In this document: piece after piece, positions 25,022 through 29,746 of the stretch
How the letters are laid out: each line of letters begins with the position of its first letter
How positions within the stretch are numbered: position 1 is the first letter of the stretch
Origin: a virus
Lineage: Duplodnaviria > Caudoviricetes
Strand: one strand, 5' to 3'
Virus record (IMG/VR): IMGVR_UViG_3300032287_000344
Coordinates: 1-29,746 of that record
Length of the DNA: 29,746 nt
Position numbers and translations under genes: made by a program
The notes under the pieces: generated by a model
What the model was told of the DNA's origin: nothing
Database searches by the model: none
What the model saw: the letters and a program-made list of their open reading frames with translations, nothing else

Positions 25022-25578
25022 AGTTTCTTAAACCATACCTGCCAACCAAGTTCAATCACTTGCACTTTATCTCTAGCCATATTAAAGAAGGCATCTATCG
25101 CAGGGCGTGGTTCATAGAAAGGACCTCTGCCCTCACTCCACTGGTAGTCATCACAACCAAGGATGCCACCACTGTTTAAACAATTAAAAGAGTTAATCAA
25201 ATCTTTCATAACGCCAAAGGCTGTATGGTCGCCGTCAACGTAGATGAAATCATAATCACGATAGTTCTCATTAAAGAACTCATCGCTTGTTCCTTTATAT
25301 TTTTTAAAGTTATCAAAGCCTTGTAACTTTTTGTTATACACATCAAGCACATCGCTAAAGTCCATTTGCTTGTGGACTTCCTCATCACTACCACGCCATG
25401 TATCTACATCCGTTAAAGTTGAGTCAGGGTGGCTCAAGATTTCTTCTAGCATCCACTTACTAGCATCGCCTGTGTATGCGCCTATCTGTAAAAAATGAAC
25501 TGGCTTGCCTTTGAACTGAGCCAGATGGCGGGAAAAATTATGTTGCGCGGTGTCTTTAAACCAATTAGGATATTCCAT
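25018..25578 (-). CDS. Class I SAM-dependent methyltransferase (Methyltransf_24-like)
   Basis: FLQIGAYTGDAS motif I, VDTW, YDFIYVDGDH, GGILGCDDY. Confidence 0.88.
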   Translation of the reverse strand: MEYPNWFKDTAQHNFSRHLAQFKGKPVHFLQIGAYTGDASKWMLEEILSHPDSTLTDVDTWRGSDEEVHKQMDFSDVLDVYNKKLQGFDNFKKYKGTSDEFFNENYRDYDFIYVDGDHTAFGVMKDLINSFNCLNSGGILGCDDYQWSEGRGPFYEPRPAIDAFFNMARDKVQVIELGWQVWFKKL

Positions 25579-25754
25579 TAGCCACCTGTCTTATAGAAGC
25601 CCGGTCCTTTAAACTGTATGCCAGGAGAATAATACACACGGCTCATAATAATTCCACAATTAGTACAACTTGGATTAGAAGCCTCTGCGTGTATGCTACG
25701 CTCTACCTCTAAGCGGTTGTAACAAAACTCGCATTGATACTCGTATTTACCCAT
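25578..25754 (-). CDS. FmdB-family zinc-ribbon protein (58 aa)
   Basis: YEYQCEFC...CTNCG..MSRVY...IQFKGPGFYKT. ATG at 25754 with AAGGGA upstream is preferred over the longer ORF-track start. Confidence 0.85.
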   Translation of the reverse strand: MGKYEYQCEFCYNRLEVERSIHAEASNPSCTNCGIIMSRVYYSPGIQFKGPGFYKTGG

Positions 25755-25872
25755 ACTTATCCCTTGCTCTGCACGAACAGGAGTGTAGTCGCTGTTTAAA
25801 TATCCCTCAACTCGGATGGTTCTTCGGCGTGTCGCTGAATAGAGGAGAGATTGCACAGTTACAATTACACCC
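25755..25872. promoter_or_regulatory. Divergent promoter region; TACAAT -10 (25860-65) for a probably leaderless rightward transcript; GACAC motif (minus strand, 25829-33) within an imperfect palindrome
   Basis: Strand switch point; TACAAT is 7 nt before ATG 25873; TTCGGCG-TGT-CGCTGAA inverted repeat at 25823-39. Confidence 0.5.
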
Positions 25873-26703
25873 ATGTCGTTAGAAAATAAAACAGGAAAAT
25901 CTTATGTAAGCCACAGCGCCATGACCACATGGCTCAACTGCGGATGGAACTTCTACCTTACCCGGGTACAAAGCGTGCCTGAGAGCCCATCCTACTGGCT
26001 TGTAGGGGGTAAATCCCTCCACACAGCCACCGAATTATACGATGCCCTACCCTCCCTTGATGCACCCTTTGACCCCACGGCTGTCTTTACTGCTGAGTGG
26101 AACAAGAACTACAAAGAGTCAGACAATGGGATGCCCTTTAGGGCAGGGGGAAGGGCTACCAAAGCCTACCCAAATAAGGAAGATGCCCAGTGGTGGTTAG
26201 ACCACGGGCCTAAAATGGTTGACTTCTGGATGCAGTTTCGCCAAGACAGTGGGTACACCTTGTACACCACACCAGATGGCAGACCAGCAATTGAAACTGA
26301 ACTATTGATGGACATGGGCGATGTTCAGATGCGCGGATTTCTTGACCGCCTGATGGTATCTCCTGATGGAGAGTTAACTGTTATTGACATCAAGACCAGT
26401 AGCCAAGAGCCCAAGACCAACACTCAGTTGGGAACCTACGCAACCCTCGTAGAAAAGGCATTTGGTGTACGCCCGACAAAAGGGGCATATTGGATGGCAC
26501 GGACAGGGGAACTGACCACGCCTATAGATTTATCACACTACACAGAGTCGCGCTTAACATCACAAGTCAAGTCGTTTAAACTAGCGATTGAGAATAATAT
26601 CTTTATTCCTAATCCCGGTTTCTTGTGTGGCACCTGCTCTGTCAATCAGTCATGCTATGCTGTTAATGGTTCAAAATCACATCTATACCCAGAAATAAAC
26701 TAA
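25873..26703 (+). CDS. Cas4/RecB-like PD-(D/E)XK exonuclease
   Basis: SHSAMTTWLNCG, GKSLH, E...RGFLDR...IDIKT, QLGTYA, C-terminal CGTC..C (Fe-S ligands). Confidence 0.88.
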   Translation: MSLENKTGKSYVSHSAMTTWLNCGWNFYLTRVQSVPESPSYWLVGGKSLHTATELYDALPSLDAPFDPTAVFTAEWNKNYKESDNGMPFRAGGRATKAYPNKEDAQWWLDHGPKMVDFWMQFRQDSGYTLYTTPDGRPAIETELLMDMGDVQMRGFLDRLMVSPDGELTVIDIKTSSQEPKTNTQLGTYATLVEKAFGVRPTKGAYWMARTGELTTPIDLSHYTESRLTSQVKSFKLAIENNIFIPNPGFLCGTCSVNQSCYAVNGSKSHLYPEIN

Positions 26704-26713
26704 GGAGAAAATA

Positions 26714-27109
26714 ATGGAACCGCTCTACCAAATCAATGTAAAGACACCTAGAGGTTCTTTGCTAAACATCCGCGCATCTTCCGATATGGAACTAGACCAA
26801 GCCCTTGATGGTTTGTCTGTTCGCATCAATGCAATCGCAGACCTTGAGCAATCTATTGAGGCTATCTGTGCGCTCGCCGATGCTGGCTTAAAGCCGACAG
26901 TTATCTCAACACAACCATCAGCACCAGTTGCTGTTGCACCAATCACTGCTGCCCCAGTTGCTCCTGCTGCTGGCGGGGTTGGTTGTGATTGTGGTATCCC
27001 AATGCGACTTGTGCCTGCTGGTATCAGCAAGGCTGGCAAGCCATACAAGGCTTTCTATGCGTGCGCTAAGCCTAGAGAACAAGCGTGCCAAAAGAAGGTC
27101 AGCGCTTAA
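26714..27109 (+). CDS. Hypothetical protein with a C-terminal Cys4 module (CxC...GKPYKAFYAC...C)
   Basis: SD AAGGAG; Ala/Pro linker then CDCGIPM..G.SK.GKPYK.FY.C; sits between the exonuclease and helicase genes. Confidence 0.7.
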   Translation: MEPLYQINVKTPRGSLLNIRASSDMELDQALDGLSVRINAIADLEQSIEAICALADAGLKPTVISTQPSAPVAVAPITAAPVAPAAGGVGCDCGIPMRLVPAGISKAGKPYKAFYACAKPREQACQKKVSA

Positions 27110-27112
27110 TCC

Positions 27113-27892
27113 ATGCGTTTACTCTCTCGCGCTATAAAGACTGCCTCGCAAGGGGGTGCCACACTTCCTATGGTTTGGCGCTCTCTTGCAGACCAGCAGA
27201 TTGCGTTTAGACACGGAGAGTTAAGCATGATTGCTGGACCACCGGGCGCTGGTAAATCAACCTTTGCTTTATCGCTGGCGGTACATAGCAAGGTGCCAAC
27301 TCTTTACATCTCCGCAGATACACACTCACACACAATGAGTTTGCGTTTGCTTGCGATGCTCACTGGTAAATCACAGGCAGAGGTTGAGCCTTTGATGGAA
27401 AACGACAGGGAGTGGGCTGCACAAATGTTGAAGCCTGCTGACCATGTTATGTGGGAGTTTGATTCTGCTCCTACCCTGAAAGATATTGAAGATTCCATCT
27501 TGGCTGCGCGTGAACGACTTGGTGAGGATGTTCGTTTGATTGTCCTTGATAACGCCGTTGATGTAACTCTTGATGGGATGGATGAGTGGGGCGGTTTGCG
27601 TTCACTCATGCGTGAATTGAAATGGTGGGCGAGGGAAACAGGTGCAGCCGTAGTTGTTTGCCACCATACAAGCGAAGGTGTCCAAGGCAATCCTTGTCCA
27701 CCACGCCACGCACTACATGGGAAGGTGGCCCAGACCCCGAGCCTAATCCTTACAGTACATAATCAACCACAGACAATGGCTATCTGTGCGGTGAAGAACC
27801 GTTACGGCCCAGCGGATGCAAATGGTGGCACTCCAGTTTGGTTGTCGTATGACCCAGCAAGTATGTCTGTCTTAGACTTAGGACAACCTTAA
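27113..27892 (+). CDS. DnaB/RecA-family helicase-like P-loop ATPase
   Basis: Walker A AGPPGAGKST, Walker B LIVLD, VVVCHH, VKNRYGP arginine finger. Confidence 0.85.
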   Translation: MRLLSRAIKTASQGGATLPMVWRSLADQQIAFRHGELSMIAGPPGAGKSTFALSLAVHSKVPTLYISADTHSHTMSLRLLAMLTGKSQAEVEPLMENDREWAAQMLKPADHVMWEFDSAPTLKDIEDSILAARERLGEDVRLIVLDNAVDVTLDGMDEWGGLRSLMRELKWWARETGAAVVVCHHTSEGVQGNPCPPRHALHGKVAQTPSLILTVHNQPQTMAICAVKNRYGPADANGGTPVWLSYDPASMSVLDLGQP

Positions 27893-28191
27893 TGTGGGAA
27901 GCAGTAATTGTAGAAAACTCAGGTGAAGTAAGCAAGGAAATTCTCCCGCCCTTTGACCAAATGATTGAAGATATGAAGGAGCAGTTGGGATTCGTACCAG
28001 AAAACTATAACTATACTCTTGGTTGGAGGACCGTTGTTTGGCAGAATAAAGAAACTCTTGAATATAAACCGCTCACCGAGGATGAAGTACACGAACTCCT
28101 TGAAAGAGGCACTATCACTTACTCCAGAAGCGGTGGAGGAGATAATCAACAGCGCTCCGATAGCACCGGAAGTGAAGAAGATTCTGCTTAA
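27892..28191 (+). CDS. Hypothetical protein (99 aa)
   Basis: TAATG coupling to the helicase gene; acidic, protein-like sequence. Confidence 0.65.
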   Translation: MWEAVIVENSGEVSKEILPPFDQMIEDMKEQLGFVPENYNYTLGWRTVVWQNKETLEYKPLTEDEVHELLERGTITYSRSGGGDNQQRSDSTGSEEDSA

Positions 28192-28456
28192 TGAACTTCC
28201 ACACTTTATGGAAAACATTGATGAGGCTGCAGACAAAATCTACAACCCCTCCTCCGTCTGGCTTGAAGCCATACAATTTGCTGATTATGTTGAGCAAAAT
28301 GTACTTCATCTCAAAGAAGGACACGGAGAAGATTGCCAAGAAGAAATCTTAGATGTACTACTTGAACTAACCTATAGTTTCAAATCACTTGCCGAACACG
28401 CAATGCGTGTACTTGATGAGTCGGAGCAGATAGTGGAGTTTAAACATGGCTCATAG
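28082..28456 (+). CDS. Hypothetical acidic helical protein (~124 aa; start uncertain)
   Basis: MKYTNSLKEALSLTPEAVEEII...; overlaps the upstream gene by 110 nt and the downstream gene by 11 nt. Confidence 0.6.
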   Translation: MKYTNSLKEALSLTPEAVEEIINSAPIAPEVKKILLNELPHFMENIDEAADKIYNPSSVWLEAIQFADYVEQNVLHLKEGHGEDCQEEILDVLLELTYSFKSLAEHAMRVLDESEQIVEFKHGS

Positions 28457-29183
28457 CAGTAAAGAAACACTGGCTGTTGGTTGGTGCGACAATGGAGATA
28501 CCGATGGCAAGTTCACAGAAGGACTTGTTTATACGTTGCTTCATAGCGCTGTTCATGGTATTCCGTTTCATAATGGACTGCGAGTACAGGGAAATCAGAT
28601 AGCCCGACAAAGACAGGCATTGCTTGATACTTGGTACGACAGTATTAAAACAGACTGGTTGTTGTGGGTTGACTCTGACATTGTTCTTACCCTTGATGTA
28701 CTCAAGATGTTGTGGAATACGGCAGACAAAGTATCACGCCCGGTGGTAAGTGGCGTTTACTTCATCTCCAAGCAAATGGAATCTCCACTGATGCAGCCTA
28801 TGCCAGTACTGTTTAATGAAACAGAAGATAAGACAAAGATAGATTACCTGCATCCACTGCCACACAATAAGGTGGTTCAGATTGATTGCGCTGGCTTTGG
28901 CTTGGTGCTTATGCATCGCTCTGTTATTACACGCATGAAGGAAAAGTTTGGTGATGATTTCTTCTTTGCTGAAACAAATGACCATGGTGATAAATTCATT
29001 GGGGAAGATATTGCTTTCTTCCGTAAGATGAAAGAGGCCGGTGTTCCTTTATACGCACACACTGGTGCATTGGTTCAACACATGAAGAGATTTTCTCTTG
29101 ATGCTAATTACTACAATCTATTCTGGATGGCAGCAGATGCTGTTGAGCAGAAGAAGAAACAAAGGGAGAACAATGAGCAATAA
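28446..29183 (+). CDS. GT-A fold glycosyltransferase (family 2-like)
   Basis: IARQR, WLLWVDSDI (DxD), VVSGVYF, CAGFGLVLMHR, GEDIAFFR, HTGALVQH. Confidence 0.85.
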   Translation: MAHSSKETLAVGWCDNGDTDGKFTEGLVYTLLHSAVHGIPFHNGLRVQGNQIARQRQALLDTWYDSIKTDWLLWVDSDIVLTLDVLKMLWNTADKVSRPVVSGVYFISKQMESPLMQPMPVLFNETEDKTKIDYLHPLPHNKVVQIDCAGFGLVLMHRSVITRMKEKFGDDFFFAETNDHGDKFIGEDIAFFRKMKEAGVPLYAHTGALVQHMKRFSLDANYYNLFWMAADAVEQKKKQRENNEQ

Positions 29184-29334
29184 TGAAAGTGGGTTCATAA
29201 GAATCAAGCACCTCCGGGGCAGAGCATATCTTGTCTTTGATTGGGATTGGACATATTTTGGACTTGGTTTCCATATCTCAGACACAGCAACAACCCTTTT
29301 AATTGGCTGGTTATATCTGAGCATAGAGTACTAA
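29173..29334 (+). CDS. Small aromatic/hydrophobic protein (53 aa)
   Basis: SD AGGGAG before ATG 29173; FGLGFHIS...LLIGWLYLSIEY. Confidence 0.6.
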   Translation: MSNNESGFIRIKHLRGRAYLVFDWDWTYFGLGFHISDTATTLLIGWLYLSIEY

Positions 29335-29335
29335 T

Positions 29336-29701
29336 ATGGTGAGCCAACAATCTAGCAATAAGCGCAGAGGCGCAGCGTGGGAGATTGACCTGACCGATTG
29401 GTTAATGAGTCAGGGTTTAAACGCACAACGCTTGCCCCGTGCTGGCCGTAATGACATTGGGGATATTGCTCTACCCACGCCCAATGATATGTACATTGTT
29501 GAAGCCAAGGCACCACGCAGGGATGGTCGTATTGACCTATCCGGCTGGCTGAGAGAGGCTGATGTGGAGGCAGAGAACTACCGAGTACAGAAACGGTTAG
29601 CCATTGCACCTCACCCATTGCTAATAATCAAGGCATCCAACAAGAGTCCTGCTGATGCGTACCTAGTGCAAAGGTTGTCCAATGCGCTCGCCAAACTCTA
29701 A
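29336..29701 (+). CDS. Holliday junction resolvase (Hjc-like PD-(D/E)XK)
   Basis: NKRRGAAWE, DIGDI, IVEAK, WLREADVEA motifs. Confidence 0.82.
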   Translation: MVSQQSSNKRRGAAWEIDLTDWLMSQGLNAQRLPRAGRNDIGDIALPTPNDMYIVEAKAPRRDGRIDLSGWLREADVEAENYRVQKRLAIAPHPLLIIKASNKSPADAYLVQRLSNALAKL

Positions 29702-29746
29702 GCATGATATTGGACCCGTACTAGAACACTATGGATTCACACTTCC
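29682..29746 (+). CDS. Start of next gene, possibly DNA primase zinc-binding domain (truncated by window end)
   Basis: MRSPNSKHDIGPVLEHYGFTL; the I..VLEHYG start and position after the resolvase are suggestive only. Confidence 0.4.
   Translation, partial: MRSPNSKHDIGPVLEHYGFTL

Larger units (their letters stand above)
1073..29422. repeat. Dispersed octamer palindrome GTTTAAAC, at least 16 copies
   Basis: Starts at 1073, 5111, 5792, 8775, 9595, 14195, 15433, 15564, 16350, 21968, 22907, 24847, 25174, 26574, 28438, 29415 (hand count). Confidence 0.85.

Noticed and set aside
25755-25874. N-terminal 40-aa extension of the FmdB-like ORF given in the ORF track
   Set aside because: Spans the divergent promoter region; the family motif begins at ATG 25754, which has its own SD-like sequence.
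25873-26703. Cas4-like nuclease as a sign of a CRISPR-Cas system
   Set aside because: No repeat-spacer array or other cas genes seen; solo Cas4/RecB-like nucleases are routine in phage replication modules.
1-29746. Stop-codon reassignment, tRNA genes, integrase/att sites, introns or inteins
   Set aside because: Genes tile densely under the standard code with TAA, TAG and TGA all used as stops; no cloverleaf, recombinase, or intein/homing-endonuclease motifs were recognised by eye.

Overview
The window is a ~30 kb piece of a tailed dsDNA phage genome with podovirus-like organisation. The host is probably a (freshwater) actinobacterium, which is an inference from gene families, a U-less terminator, a leaderless-type promoter and a GACAC motif. 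Plus-strand order: portal C-terminus; a block of putative internal/ejected virion proteins including a 2221-aa giant; scaffold; N4-gp56-type major capsid; small head-region genes including a stand-alone proteasome-beta/HslV-like threonine protease and several tiny Lys-rich proteins; adaptor; tail fibre; two glycine-rich adhesin-like cassettes; tail nozzle; lysis cassette; terminator. A short convergent minus-strand operon (FmdB-like Zn ribbon, SAM methyltransferase, small ORF) is followed by a divergent replication/recombination operon (Cas4/RecB-like nuclease, DnaB/RecA-like ATPase, glycosyltransferase, Holliday-junction resolvase, primase start). Best candidates for new biology: (1) the giant protein carries an effector island with an intact, AT-rich R-S-E ADP-ribosyltransferase apparently nested inside a degenerate second ART-like domain, followed by a SAM-lyase-like domain and an overprinted +1-frame gene with a perfect SD (possible immunity partner); (2) the orphan proteasome-type protease among small basic head-region proteins; (3) a dual-coded lysis region that may give a long, basic holin isoform; (4) pseudoknotted leader RNAs; (5) at least 16 copies of the palindrome GTTTAAAC. 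All assignments come from motif reading by eye, with no database searches.
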